From assembly GCA_951813565.1 (NCBI GenBank), contig OX638351.1, positions 512,001 through 576,000 of the forward strand: a stretch of 64,000 bases of DNA. Direction: 5' to 3'. The notes under the pieces are model-generated. The model was given only the letters and a program-made list of their open reading frames with translations, ran no database searches and was not told the DNA's origin. Of the stretch, positions 1 through 9,924 are shown one piece after another; position 1 is the stretch's first letter, and each line of letters begins with the position of its first letter. A program made the position numbers and the translations under genes. This DNA is from an uncultured Poribacteria bacterium. GTDB lineage: Bacteria; Poribacteria; WGA-4E; WGA-3G.

Positions 1-501
1 CATAGCAGACAACAACTCACCTTGATCGTTGATGACGAGATGCAGTTTGAACCCGTAGAACCATCCCATAGAGGTTTTGGATCGTTCTGCCCCATCAGCG
101 AAGACACGATGCGCTGAAATCCGACGATTATGGCAAACTGGAAGTGGCGTTGAGTCAATGAAGGAAGTCCCATTACATTCACCGAAACGGGTGTTTAGAA
201 GAATAGACAACGGCATCAAAACCTCTTGGGCAAGCTGCACAAACCGACTATAGCTGACAAGGTTTGGAAACGCCCAACGGAGGTTGCCACAGACATGCTC
301 TTGATAATAGCTTTTGAAGTTTTTACACTTATGTTGATGAAAATAAATAAGTATTGTCATAACTTCGCTCGGATGAAGACACCTAAGTCTGCCACGGGTA
401 TTGCTTGTTCCGGATATTTCTGGCAACTGGTGTTGTGCTTGATATTGTTCATACAAAAGAAAAAAGTCGTCAATTTTACAGAAAAGTGTTATGATATCCA
501 T
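1..501 (-). CDS. IS982-family DDE transposase, N-terminal 167 codons (partial; not in the ORF track)
   Basis: Manual translation MDIITLFCKIDDFF...PSEVMTILIYFH...FPNLVSYSRFVQL...SFIDSTPLPVCHNRRI...GWFYGFKLHLVINDQGEL; AAGGAG RBS upstream. Confidence 0.88.
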   Translation of the reverse strand, partial: MDIITLFCKIDDFFLLYEQYQAQHQLPEISGTSNTRGRLRCLHPSEVMTILIYFHQHKCKNFKSYYQEHVCGNLRWAFPNLVSYSRFVQLAQEVLMPLSILLNTRFGECNGTSFIDSTPLPVCHNRRISAHRVFADGAERSKTSMGWFYGFKLHLVINDQGELLSAM

Positions 502-588
502 CAGAGAACTCCTTATGTAAGTATTTGGTATACTTCATAATAACAAAGGGGTTCTCTATTTACCAGTTTTTAATTATCAAACTCACGT
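1..588 (-). mobile_element. IS982-family insertion sequence (left end and 5' part; runs off the window edge)
   Basis: Transposase ORF on the minus strand plus terminal repeat TTATCAAACTCACGT (574-588), identical to the ends of the MITE at 26241-26561. Confidence 0.85.
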
Positions 589-709
589 TAATTGTTGCTA
601 TTTCTACGGAAATGTTCACGGTGTTTTCGGTTGGAATCTATCCTCTGAACATGTTATCATTTTCATATCACATTTGTGAACATGTCTATTGTAGAGGAAA
701 CTTGTCATT

Positions 710-1850
710 ATGATTATCAATCGACTTATTGCCAAAAACTGGCGAAATTTTCAACAGATAAATGTGTCTCTGAGGGAACGGCAGTTTATCGTCGGTCCGA
801 ATGCATCGGGCAAATCAAATTTGCTGGATATTTTTCGTTTCCTCCGTGATATTGCCAAAGTGGATGGTGGTGGATTTCAGAAAGTCGTTAAGGATCGAGA
901 TGGTGTTTCCAAAATCCGGTGTTTAGCAGCACGGCAAGTACCCGAAGTTTCGATTGAGATTCACATAGCGGATACTCCAGATGTGCCCGCAACATGGCGA
1001 TATGCCTTGGGATTTACTCAAGAACCTCGTGGACACCGTAGGGCTTTCCTTACCTATGAACGTGTGTGGCAAGAGGGAAAACTGATTCTTGATAGACCCA
1101 ATTTGGACGACAATGAGGATCCTGATCGTCTCACTCAAACCGCTCTTGAACAGAGTGCAACTAATGCTAAGTTTAGTGAAATTGGCAAATTTCTCAGAAA
1201 TGTCACATATCTTCATTTGGTGCCGCAATTTATTCGATATGCGGATGCGATTCAAGGTAAAATAATTGAAGACGATCCCTTTGGACAGGGATTTCTTGAA
1301 AGGGTTGCGAGTGTGCATCCGAGCACCCGTCGTTCCCGCCTCAAAAAGATTGAACATGCGCTTAAAATCGCAGTGCCACAGTTAGAAAAATTGGAATTTG
1401 TTCGTGACAAAAACACTGGAAACCCACATTTACAGGCACGTTATTCGCACTGGGTTTCAAGTGAAGAGACACATCAAGAAGATCAATTTTCGGATGGAAT
1501 GCTTCGACTTATTGGGCTACTGTGGACCCTTCTTGAAAACGACTCAGTAGTTTTGTTAGAAGAACCCGAACTTTCATTAAACCTTGGAATAGTCTCTCAA
1601 CTTGCCCCTTTAATTTCTCGGATGCGGAGAAATAGGCGATGTCAGGTGTTAGTTAGTACGCAAAGTGATGCTCTTCTCACAGAACAAGGCATTGATGGGA
1701 CGGAAGTGCTAATGCTCACACCTGGCAAAGAAGGGACTGTAGTTAAACCTTCCTCTGATTATGATGATGTGTGTGCTCCTTAGGAACGGATTTACAGTGG
1801 GGGAAATTGCACTCGCCAGACATGCAGAACAATTGGATTTATTGGAATGA
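710..1850 (+). pseudogene. AAA_21/ABC-type ATPase, frameshifted near the 3' end
   Basis: Walker A GPNASGKS, signature-like FSDGM, Walker B LLEEPE. Stops at 1783, but the +1 frame after the GT run at ~1769 continues LLRNGFTVGEIALARHAEQLDLLE* to 1850. Confidence 0.7.
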
Positions 1851-2099
1851 GATTAAATAGCGTAATTCTCGCTGTTGAGGATAGGTTAAGCGATGCAAAG
1901 GAGTAAAAATAAAAGACTACGCGAAGCATTAGTGTCAGCCCACGGCACAACACGCAGTGTGGGAGATGAATATAATACGCGTTTGAGCCAGTTTGTCCGT
2001 GACCATTGGAATTTAGAACGTGCTGCCTCCGTATCTCCAAGTCTAAAACGAACATTAGACCGACTCAGTAAAGAAAGTGATATAGGTGTTGACTCGTGA
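1847..2099 (+). pseudogene. DUF4276-like (TOPRIM-like) partner of the ATPase, internally deleted
   Basis: ATGA overlap at 1847-1850. N-terminus MRLNSVILAVEDRLSDA is joined out of frame to a C-terminal fragment ...YNTRLSQFVRDHWNLERAASVSPSLKRTLDRL. Confidence 0.6.
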
Positions 2100-2392
2100 A
2101 CAAAAAATTTCAACGCCACATTGAAGATTTTACATGCGGAAATTGCGGTGTATTCGTGAAGGGAGATGGCTACACCAATCACTGTCCGGAATGCCTCTGG
2201 AGTCAGCATGTAGATGTCAATCCGGGCGATCGCGGTGAGACTTGTCGTGGATTGATGGAGCCAGTGGGATTTACCATGAAACAGGGTGATTATATCCTTA
2301 TTCACCGTTGCACAGTATGCGGTATCACAAAAAAGAATAAGGCATCAAAAAACGATAGGTTTGATGCTATACTCAACCTACAAGGAGAATAA
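2096..2392 (+). CDS. RNHCP domain zinc-binding protein
   Basis: FTCGNC...TNHCPECLWSQHVD...PGDR...HRCTVCG. Confidence 0.85.
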   Translation: MNKKFQRHIEDFTCGNCGVFVKGDGYTNHCPECLWSQHVDVNPGDRGETCRGLMEPVGFTMKQGDYILIHRCTVCGITKKNKASKNDRFDAILNLQGE

Positions 2393-2393
2393 C

Positions 2394-3290
2394 ATGGGCA
2401 CAAAAGGAATAATTGCAATCATATCTATAGTCGTTGCTGTTATTGCAGCTATTGTTCTGGGAGTTCTGCTTTATTCGACTTCTGACAAACTCAAACAGAC
2501 GGAAGCGGCTCTATCTACCACAAAAACAACGCTGCAAGCAACTGAAACAGCAAAAACTGGGTTGGAAAAGAAGTTAACGGAAACTGAGAAAACACTAAAA
2601 GAGACGCAGACAGAACTGAATCAAACAAAAGAAATATTGGAAAATGCGAGCGAAGCGGCGCGAAAAATCGCTGCTGAACGGAACAAACTCCAGCAGGATA
2701 AAACTAATCTTGAACGCGAAAAGGAAAGTCTCCGATCAAAATTGACCGAGATTGAATCGGAATTACAACGGATTCGCGAGCAGTCACAACGTTCAATTGC
2801 AGCTATCCAGGAAAGATTTAAAGATTCAGTTGGAGCGGTGTTAGATGAAGCAGGACGGTTGACACTTGATGTCAAAGGCAAAATTCTGTTTGAAACAGGT
2901 AGTGCAACCCTTAGTAAAGAGGGAAAAGCACTCCTTGACGCAATTGCGGAAGAGGTACTGTTAAACCCAGATTATTCAGATTATGCGATCCGCATTGAAG
3001 GGCATACGGACAACAACCCGATCGCGGGTTCGGCTTTACGGAATTGGGACCTCTCTACAGACCGATCAATCTCCGCAGTGAAGTATTTGCAGGAAAATGC
3101 TGGGATTGATCCAAAACGTTTATCGGGAACGGGATATGCTTTCTACCAACCGATAGACACGGCAGAAACAGACGAAGCGAAGGCAAAAAATCGCCGGATT
3201 GAAATTATCCTTGTGCCACCGCAAGATTTCTCTTCGGAATTGCTCAAGTCATTACAAAGTGTGATGGAATCTATTGATGCAAACCAATAG
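2394..3290 (+). CDS. OmpA/MotB C-terminal domain protein with N-terminal TM and coiled coil
   Basis: AAGGAG RBS before ATG 2394; ILFETGSA, IEGHTDN, NWDLSTDR, KNRRIEI motifs. Confidence 0.85.
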   Translation: MGTKGIIAIISIVVAVIAAIVLGVLLYSTSDKLKQTEAALSTTKTTLQATETAKTGLEKKLTETEKTLKETQTELNQTKEILENASEAARKIAAERNKLQQDKTNLEREKESLRSKLTEIESELQRIREQSQRSIAAIQERFKDSVGAVLDEAGRLTLDVKGKILFETGSATLSKEGKALLDAIAEEVLLNPDYSDYAIRIEGHTDNNPIAGSALRNWDLSTDRSISAVKYLQENAGIDPKRLSGTGYAFYQPIDTAETDEAKAKNRRIEIILVPPQDFSSELLKSLQSVMESIDANQ

Positions 3291-3302
3291 ATTAGAAAAA
3301 TG

Positions 3303-4127
3303 TTACTCTTCTGACTTCCTGTCTTCTTTCGTTGGTTTGCTCTTTGTCTGACTTGCGAGTTTCGCTGCTTGCCGTGCAAGTCGTTTTGCAGCATCAATCT
3401 GTTCCATCATCTGTGCATTCGTCCATGAGATTGAAACGAGATAGCGCGTATCTTCAGGTTTGTTCAAAGTTTCAACACCGAGAGCGATCTGAAGTCCGCT
3501 GTCGGCAGTATGTCGCACACCGGCGTTTATTCCCGTCCCATCAAATTCCAGACTAATACCAATATCACCTCTTGCGAAAGCGGGATGAAGTTGTGTACTT
3601 AGACCCGCGAATAGTCCGATTGGACTCTCATCAAACGTGAAACGGTGATTGCCGATACCGAAATGCCCCGAAATAAGGTGAATTCGCGGCAGATTAAAAG
3701 TCTTACTGATTACAAGATATGTTGAATTAGCATGATAGGTATTCCACTCTTGTCCAACATTATCCCCGAGATTGTCAACACCGATTGCTACATTCGGTAT
3801 TTTTCCAGTTTCATTTAAAAGTTGTGCTTTTACGTGTCCTAAGAAGGAACGCGAGGCATCATTGTCCTGCGGGAGTATGTGTGATGCGCCAAACTCAATT
3901 CTATCAAACATCCCGAAGTTGACACGGAACGCAACAGGATACCGTTTGAAATATTTTATATTTTGGAAAGGGGCATATACCCCTACTCCGAATATACCGT
4001 GTTTTAGTACCTCACCTGTTGGGATATCTACCAATCCACTGTCCGTAAAAATCTCGCCGCTAACATGACTGGAAAACGTGAGCAATATAGAAAGTAGTAA
4101 ACAGAAAAAGATTAGATGTCGGTTCAT
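3303..4127 (-). CDS. YjbH-domain-like exported/outer-membrane protein
   Basis: Signal peptide; GLVDIPTGEVL...FGMFDRIEFG...PNVAIGVDNL...YLVISK pattern. Confidence 0.55.
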   Translation of the reverse strand: MNRHLIFFCLLLSILLTFSSHVSGEIFTDSGLVDIPTGEVLKHGIFGVGVYAPFQNIKYFKRYPVAFRVNFGMFDRIEFGASHILPQDNDASRSFLGHVKAQLLNETGKIPNVAIGVDNLGDNVGQEWNTYHANSTYLVISKTFNLPRIHLISGHFGIGNHRFTFDESPIGLFAGLSTQLHPAFARGDIGISLEFDGTGINAGVRHTADSGLQIALGVETLNKPEDTRYLVSISWTNAQMMEQIDAAKRLARQAAKLASQTKSKPTKEDRKSEE

Positions 4128-4132
4128 TGATG

Positions 4133-4807
4133 CTACTCCATGTATTTGATACCAGAAGACGTGCCGATGATAACTTTATCAGCACGATCCACAAAAATAC
4201 CGTTCTCAACGACACCGGGGATGTTGTTCAGTTGCAACTCAACCTTTTCGGGTTCAGAGATTCCATCAAAATGGCAGTCCAAAATATAGTTGCCGTTATC
4301 CGTAATCAGTGGGTTTTCAATTCCGCCTCGGACATCTGATCTCCCACAGATTTTATCAACTTCGCGCTGTGTTGCCTCCCATCCGAACCGCACAATTTCC
4401 ACTGGTAGCGCGAACGAAGTACCAAGCACACGAGAAACCTTGTTTTCATCAACGACAATCAGGATTCGTTTAGAGGTATTGGCAATAATTTTTTCTCTAA
4501 CCAGTGCTGCACCTCCTCCCTTAATTAAGTTTAGGTGTACATCTACTTCGTCAGCACCATCAATTGTCAATTCTATTGTGGAGTGAACTGCAAGTGTTGA
4601 AAGCGGAATATCTTGCTCTTTGGCAATTTTCTCTGTGCCATCGGAGGTAGGAATTCCAACGATGTTGAGTCCATCGCGAACCATCTTTCCGAGTTTCAAG
4701 AGCGCGTAGTAGACGGTGGAACCGGTCCCTAATCCGACAACCATACCGTTTCGGACTTCCTCTGTAGCTTTTTCTGCGGCAATTTTTTTGAGGTGTTCTA
4801 TATTCAT
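4133..4807 (-). CDS. rpiA: Ribose-5-phosphate isomerase A
   Basis: GLGTGST, DGADEVD, IKGGGAALVREKI, TDNGNYILD. Confidence 0.97.
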   Translation of the reverse strand: MNIEHLKKIAAEKATEEVRNGMVVGLGTGSTVYYALLKLGKMVRDGLNIVGIPTSDGTEKIAKEQDIPLSTLAVHSTIELTIDGADEVDVHLNLIKGGGAALVREKIIANTSKRILIVVDENKVSRVLGTSFALPVEIVRFGWEATQREVDKICGRSDVRGGIENPLITDNGNYILDCHFDGISEPEKVELQLNNIPGVVENGIFVDRADKVIIGTSSGIKYME

Positions 4808-5782
4808 TTACAATTCAATTCGTCTATTTTCTCGGATTGACTGTGCCGAAGCAAGGCTTATCCGAATTGCGGAAAGTGCTACCTCAGCATCTACTAAGCA
4901 GGGAGCATGCTGTGTTGCGTTTTGAATCTCTAATAACCATAATTCCTGAAGCGTAGGTTGAGGTGTTTTTGGAATTGTCAACTCTGTTACCTCTGTTAGT
5001 GTTGAACATTGCCAACCGCTTCCATCATTGCTTAATGTGCCTTCCGTGAGAACATATCGCGCATGCTGTTCGGAGGCGTTGATAGCAATACCACCCGCCC
5101 AACTCCACTGCCCGATGCCGCCACGTTTGAACTCAATGGTAACAGTGTTGACAAAACGGTTGTATTGTCCAGAGTCGGTTAAGCCTTCGTAGCATGCAGC
5201 ACCTTCCACCCACGCAGCCTCACCGAACAGATCAACGATCGGATAAATATGATAGATAAAGAAATGGGCAGGCGTTCCCGATACAGGTAGGTTGAAAAGG
5301 ATTTCAGGACGCGCACCACGACCGGGAGTTAAGCGCACAAATGAGGTAAGCAATAATTCACTTAATTCACCTATTTTCTGCTTGAGTGCAGCGTGGGTAT
5401 TAGATACTACCTCTGGATGGGAAACCCGAAGGACACGATGACGTGTTTTGGCAAGATGTAAAGCCTCCTCACCTTCGTTAACATCGTTAGCGAGTGGATA
5501 TTCCACAAAGGCATGTTTATCGGTTTGCAACGCTGTAATCGCAATTTCGCCGTGGCTATTATTATGAGTGCAAATGATTACGCCGTCTATATCATCTCGT
5601 TTTATCAATTGTTTCCAATCGGAGATAAATGTTGCAGCATGTTCAGTCGCGAGTTGGTTGCCTGTTTGCTCGTTTCTGGAGGCAATGGCTACGACTTCAG
5701 CAGTTTCTATTGATGAAAACCGCTCAGCGTGATGCCGCGCCATGCCTCCTGAACCGATAATGCCGATTTTTATGTTCCTCAT
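4808..5782 (-). CDS. Gfo/Idh/MocA family oxidoreductase
   Basis: Rossmann [18 protein letters not shown]. Confidence 0.85.
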   Translation of the reverse strand: MRNIKIGIIGSGGMARHHAERFSSIETAEVVAIASRNEQTGNQLATEHAATFISDWKQLIKRDDIDGVIICTHNNSHGEIAITALQTDKHAFVEYPLANDVNEGEEALHLAKTRHRVLRVSHPEVVSNTHAALKQKIGELSELLLTSFVRLTPGRGARPEILFNLPVSGTPAHFFIYHIYPIVDLFGEAAWVEGAACYEGLTDSGQYNRFVNTVTIEFKRGGIGQWSWAGGIAINASEQHARYVLTEGTLSNDGSGWQCSTLTEVTELTIPKTPQPTLQELWLLEIQNATQHAPCLVDAEVALSAIRISLASAQSIRENRRIEL

Positions 5783-6993
5783 GCCCAGCCTTGGCTTTCA
5801 CCACCGACGCGTGCTTTACTAATCTTCTCGTAGTAGCCGCTCTTTCGGTATGCTGTCAATGGATGCGGGTCTCGCTCCATCTCCAAACGTACCTGCTCAA
5901 GTAGTGGATTCACATCTGTTTCATACGCGCGTTGGAGGATACTTTCTGCTTCAACCAAGTCCGCTGCGTCTTGTGCTGCTGCTAACGCATCTCGGTCAAC
6001 CAACAGTGCCTTTGCATACGCTTTTTGTAAGTTGCATACCGACTGGATGCTCGCTTCAACCTTCGGTTTCAAATTATGGCTCTGGTCAATCATATAGGCG
6101 ATGTCGGTTTCCGTTACAGGATCAAGTTCTGCGGCGACAAGTTCGGTATAGATTAGGAAGAGTTCTTGTGGATTGATAGAACCCACCGTTAGGTCGTCAT
6201 CTGCATATTTTCGGCAATTGAAGTGGAATCCGCCGAGTTTGCCTTCGTCAATTAGGTATGCGACAATGAATTCAATATTTGTGCCTTGCGGATGGTGTCC
6301 CAGATCAATGAGGACTTGCGCTTTCGCCCCCAATTTCATTGCCATCAGATAAGCAGTGCCCCAATCCGCTAAATCGGTGTGATAGAATGCTGGTTCAAAG
6401 AACTTGTATTCTATCAGCATGCGGGTGGCATCAGGGAGCGCATCGTAGACCTCACCTAACGCTTCTGTCATCCACTGCTTACGTTTTCTGAAATTGGCTT
6501 GCCCAGGAAAGTTCGTGCCATCGGCAAACCACAAACTGATTAAATCTGACCCTGTTTTCTCCATGATGTCAACACATTCTAACATGTGTTCAATCGCGAG
6601 GCGGCGGATCTCTGCGTTCGGGTTGCAGACACTACCGAGTTTATACACTTGGTCTTGAAAAACATTCGGGTTAATAGCGCCGATTCCGATGCCAACATCT
6701 GCAGCATATTGTTTCAATGTTTCCCAATCATCGGTTTTATCCCATGGAATGTGAAGTGCTACAGTAGGCGCGATACCTGTGAATCTGTGTACAGTAGCCG
6801 CATCTTCCAAACGTTCTGCGGCGTTTCTTGCAGCGCCGGGTTGTTCAAACACGCCGAATCGGGTGCCAGAATTACCGTAACCCCAAGAAGGTGTTTCAAT
6901 ATGTTGCTGTTTGAGGTGTGCTTTAACTGTCTCTACCTGAATTCCCTGCTCCTCTAATGTTTCAGCTAACAGGTCATAAGCTGGACTGCTCAT
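5779..6993 (-). CDS. rhaI: L-rhamnose isomerase, RhaI type
   Basis: [52 protein letters not shown]; start at MSSPAY. Confidence 0.9.
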   Translation of the reverse strand: MSSPAYDLLAETLEEQGIQVETVKAHLKQQHIETPSWGYGNSGTRFGVFEQPGAARNAAERLEDAATVHRFTGIAPTVALHIPWDKTDDWETLKQYAADVGIGIGAINPNVFQDQVYKLGSVCNPNAEIRRLAIEHMLECVDIMEKTGSDLISLWFADGTNFPGQANFRKRKQWMTEALGEVYDALPDATRMLIEYKFFEPAFYHTDLADWGTAYLMAMKLGAKAQVLIDLGHHPQGTNIEFIVAYLIDEGKLGGFHFNCRKYADDDLTVGSINPQELFLIYTELVAAELDPVTETDIAYMIDQSHNLKPKVEASIQSVCNLQKAYAKALLVDRDALAAAQDAADLVEAESILQRAYETDVNPLLEQVRLEMERDPHPLTAYRKSGYYEKISKARVGGESQGWA

Positions 6994-7093
6994 ATATGTT
7001 TTCTCCTGATTGCAGTTCATGTTTTGGGAATAATTATAGCATATATCCGATTTTTATGTAAATATTGTCATGAAATTGGGGTGTGTTAATTTG

Positions 7094-7141
7094 TCTGAAT
7101 CACAGATTATACGGATTTCGCAGATTACGCGGATTTTGGGA
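7094..7141 (+). repeat. Short 9-bp-period tandem repeat (CAGATT/CGGATT core); second copy at ~26584-26630
   Basis: tctgaatcacagattatacggatttcgcagattacgcggattttggga versus tctgaatcacggattatgcagattgcacagattgcacggattttggga. Confidence 0.7.
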
Positions 7142-7326
7142 TTTTCTATGTGTTCAACGTTTTTGATAGTATCAAAGAAACCTTCATCATGATCGGCGGA
7201 CAAAGCCCTCCCACAAGAGAAAGGGACAGAATTTTAGATTTGACTATAAAAAATAGGCAGATGAGATGAACGGATCTGAGTATCCGCCTATCCTCACCTG
7301 CCTTAAAGGTTAATGTTTAGGCACAT

Positions 7327-9585
7327 TTACCGATTGAAAAGGAAGGAACGGGATGAAATAAGTGCCCAAAGCAGGTCTTCTGTGTCATCACGTCTTGTAT
7401 CATTATCGGCAAGATATGTCTTAGCCTTTTCAAGTTCCACTTCTGTGGGATGACGACTCAGGGTCATTAGATACAACTCAGTAGCCAATTCTGCCGGTTG
7501 TAGCTTTTCTCCAGTCTTCGGTTCAAGAAGTTGAGTAATTGTACCATTGCGGGTTTTCAACTTCTGGTTCACATAACGGGAGTTAATAATGTGAAGTGCC
7601 TGGGTGAGTGTCGGTTCAAGTAGAGGGTCTAAGTTGCCCAAGAACTCCCTATCGGAACGTCCGAAAAGGTCGAGAAAGGCTGAACGCACTGGCAGCGGTA
7701 ATTCAATAGCGCGCGTGCCCTCCGGATACCTTCCGTATTTCTGCGATGATCCCGTAACATCGTTTAGCACATCAAGCAACACTTGTGCCATCAAGGGGCG
7801 CGGCATGAATCGAGAGAAGAATCTATCATCTAATTTATTCGTTTCATTTGGTTCTGCGGAAAGTTGATAGGTCCGAGAGTTAAGAATCAACTTGATAATA
7901 TGCTTGGTATCATATCCACTTCGAACAAACTCTTCCGCCAATGCTTCTAAGAGACCTTCAACACTTGCCGGAGTTGTAGCACGCATATCGTCAACCGGGT
8001 CAACAATCCCTCTACCGAAATAGTAACTCCACAAACGGTTGACAGTCGCTTTTGCGAAGTATGGATTTGAATCGGCAGTAATCCAGTCTGAGAGATGTTT
8101 TATTGCATCCGCTCTATACGCCTCTGGCAGCGTTTCTCCTCCAAGGAATGTAGGTTGCGCGATCTGCCCACGGTTGCCCTGCACAGATTGGTTAATTACG
8201 CGCCCCGCGGGGTTGTGATAGACGACCAATTCTTGGTACAGTCCACCTCCACGTGCGTTAACCTTACCTGTGAATGCAGCAAAGTTCCAATAATCATCTG
8301 TTGTCCACTCGTCAAAAGGATGTTTATGGCAACGCGCACAACTGAGCCGGATGCCGAGGAATACTTGTGCGGTGGTTTCAGCCCTGCCTGAAGGTTGCCT
8401 TTCAATCCGATAATAGTTAGTTGGTCCATGCTGATATGTGCTGCCGGTGGCTTCCAAAACTTCACGTACAAACTTATCATACGATTTATTTTCGGCAACA
8501 GAATCTCGAATAAACTCATGGAATAGCGTGGCACCGCGTTCACCAAATTCGCCGTTCCCTAACCGCCGTGGATGCACGCGTAACATATCTGCCAATTTCA
8601 ATGTCCGCAGGTCAATCCACTCCTCCGTTTCCATCAACGTATCAATCAGGTGTGAACGTTTTTCTGGGTTTGAATCAGCGAGAAATTCCTTAACCTCATC
8701 AGATGTGGGTAGCTTTCCGACAGTATCCAGATAGACTCTTCGGATGAACTCGGAATCTGATGTAAGTTCGGACGGGCGCACATTCAATTTTTTGAGTTTC
8801 GCCGCAACGAATTCATCAATAAAATTGTTTGTTAGAATTTGTGGGAAGGATTCCCTGTCAGATTCTCTCGGAACAGTGATGAAAGAAGAGGAGACAACTC
8901 CTAAGTATCTTGCTAAAATAGCCGTTCCACCCCAACGTTCACTTGTTACCAAGCCAGATTCTGTGACAGACGCTACTGGTTCATCTTTAGATTCATAAAC
9001 AGCTTGATCTGTAACATCTTCCACTGACCCGTCAGTAAAATGTGCGAGTACCTTTAGCTGCGTCGTTTCACCAACAGCGGTAAACGCAGCTTCACTTGGT
9101 TCAATTTCAAGTTTTTCCAAACGTGGTTCATCGGGTGAGAAGGGAGCGCCAGCGGAAATCCACTCAAGAATGGTTTCCGCTTCATCAGAATTAGCACCAA
9201 ACCTCACGCCACCTGCATGTGAAATCTGTCCGGTTGGTTTTAGAAAAAGGAGACTCTGTTCAGGTTCAAGTAGGTTGATACGCCGTCCCCGGTTATGATG
9301 CACAATGGGTTCATAATCACTTTCTGGGTTCAGCGTAAGTAAGGATAGATTTAAACCGCCTTGTCCACCGAATTTCCCATGGCAAAGCCCCGCGGAACAC
9401 CCTTGTTTATCAAGGATAGGTGCGATATCTTTCAAAAAAAGCGGCGCACGTTCTTTTGTCTCGTTATCAAGTTGTACATTGTCTGTATTTCCCCAACAGG
9501 TTGAAGTAGTTAACATGGTTATACATACAGTAATGGCACATACTATGAGGAAAGGAACTATACTGTTCCATCTAATGCTATTCAT
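7327..9585 (-). CDS. DUF1549/DUF1553 planctomycete-type protein with Ig-like domain
   Basis: GCSAGLCHG, FIRRVYLD..GKLPT, LGIRLSCARCHKHPF, VNRLWSYYFGRGIVDPVDD, TQAL, EDLLWAL. Confidence 0.9.
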   Translation of the reverse strand: MNSIRWNSIVPFLIVCAITVCITMLTTSTCWGNTDNVQLDNETKERAPLFLKDIAPILDKQGCSAGLCHGKFGGQGGLNLSLLTLNPESDYEPIVHHNRGRRINLLEPEQSLLFLKPTGQISHAGGVRFGANSDEAETILEWISAGAPFSPDEPRLEKLEIEPSEAAFTAVGETTQLKVLAHFTDGSVEDVTDQAVYESKDEPVASVTESGLVTSERWGGTAILARYLGVVSSSFITVPRESDRESFPQILTNNFIDEFVAAKLKKLNVRPSELTSDSEFIRRVYLDTVGKLPTSDEVKEFLADSNPEKRSHLIDTLMETEEWIDLRTLKLADMLRVHPRRLGNGEFGERGATLFHEFIRDSVAENKSYDKFVREVLEATGSTYQHGPTNYYRIERQPSGRAETTAQVFLGIRLSCARCHKHPFDEWTTDDYWNFAAFTGKVNARGGGLYQELVVYHNPAGRVINQSVQGNRGQIAQPTFLGGETLPEAYRADAIKHLSDWITADSNPYFAKATVNRLWSYYFGRGIVDPVDDMRATTPASVEGLLEALAEEFVRSGYDTKHIIKLILNSRTYQLSAEPNETNKLDDRFFSRFMPRPLMAQVLLDVLNDVTGSSQKYGRYPEGTRAIELPLPVRSAFLDLFGRSDREFLGNLDPLLEPTLTQALHIINSRYVNQKLKTRNGTITQLLEPKTGEKLQPAELATELYLMTLSRHPTEVELEKAKTYLADNDTRRDDTEDLLWALISSRSFLFNR

Positions 9586-9724
9586 GTCATGTCTCCTTAC
9601 CTTTACAAGGAATTCACGATCTTATGCTCGCCAATTTAACGAGGCTATCTGACACCTCAGGCGTTCAATGTTGCAATTCTACACTACTGTGAGGTCAATT
9701 GTCAACCTTTTCTTAGAAATCTGC

Positions 9725-9907
9725 CAGAGGCATTCAATTGTCGAGTTTTCTAATCTAATATTTAAAAAACGTTTCCAAAGAAAAAAGAGGCGCAATGAAT
9801 TGCGCATGGTGAATGTGCGTCCGACATTCACATTAAACGCTTTTGTTGTTAAATCGGGCGGACAAAGCCCTCGGACAAGAGTGCTTCGCGACAATTGAAT
9901 GGCTCTG
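9725..9907. mobile_element. MITE-like element, 183 bp
   Basis: 19-bp terminal inverted repeats CAGAG(G/C)CATTCAATTGTCG (one mismatch); flanks AGAAATCTGC / AGAAATCTTT form an imperfect target duplication. Confidence 0.7.
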
Positions 9908-9924
9908 AGAAATCTTTCTATAAG

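Noticed and set aside
226..713. Plus-strand ORFs 226-540 and 525-713
   Set aside because: Shadows of the minus-strand IS982 transposase and its end; no motifs
7094..7141. Short periodic repeat as a possible CRISPR
   Set aside because: 9-bp period with no spacers and no cas genes
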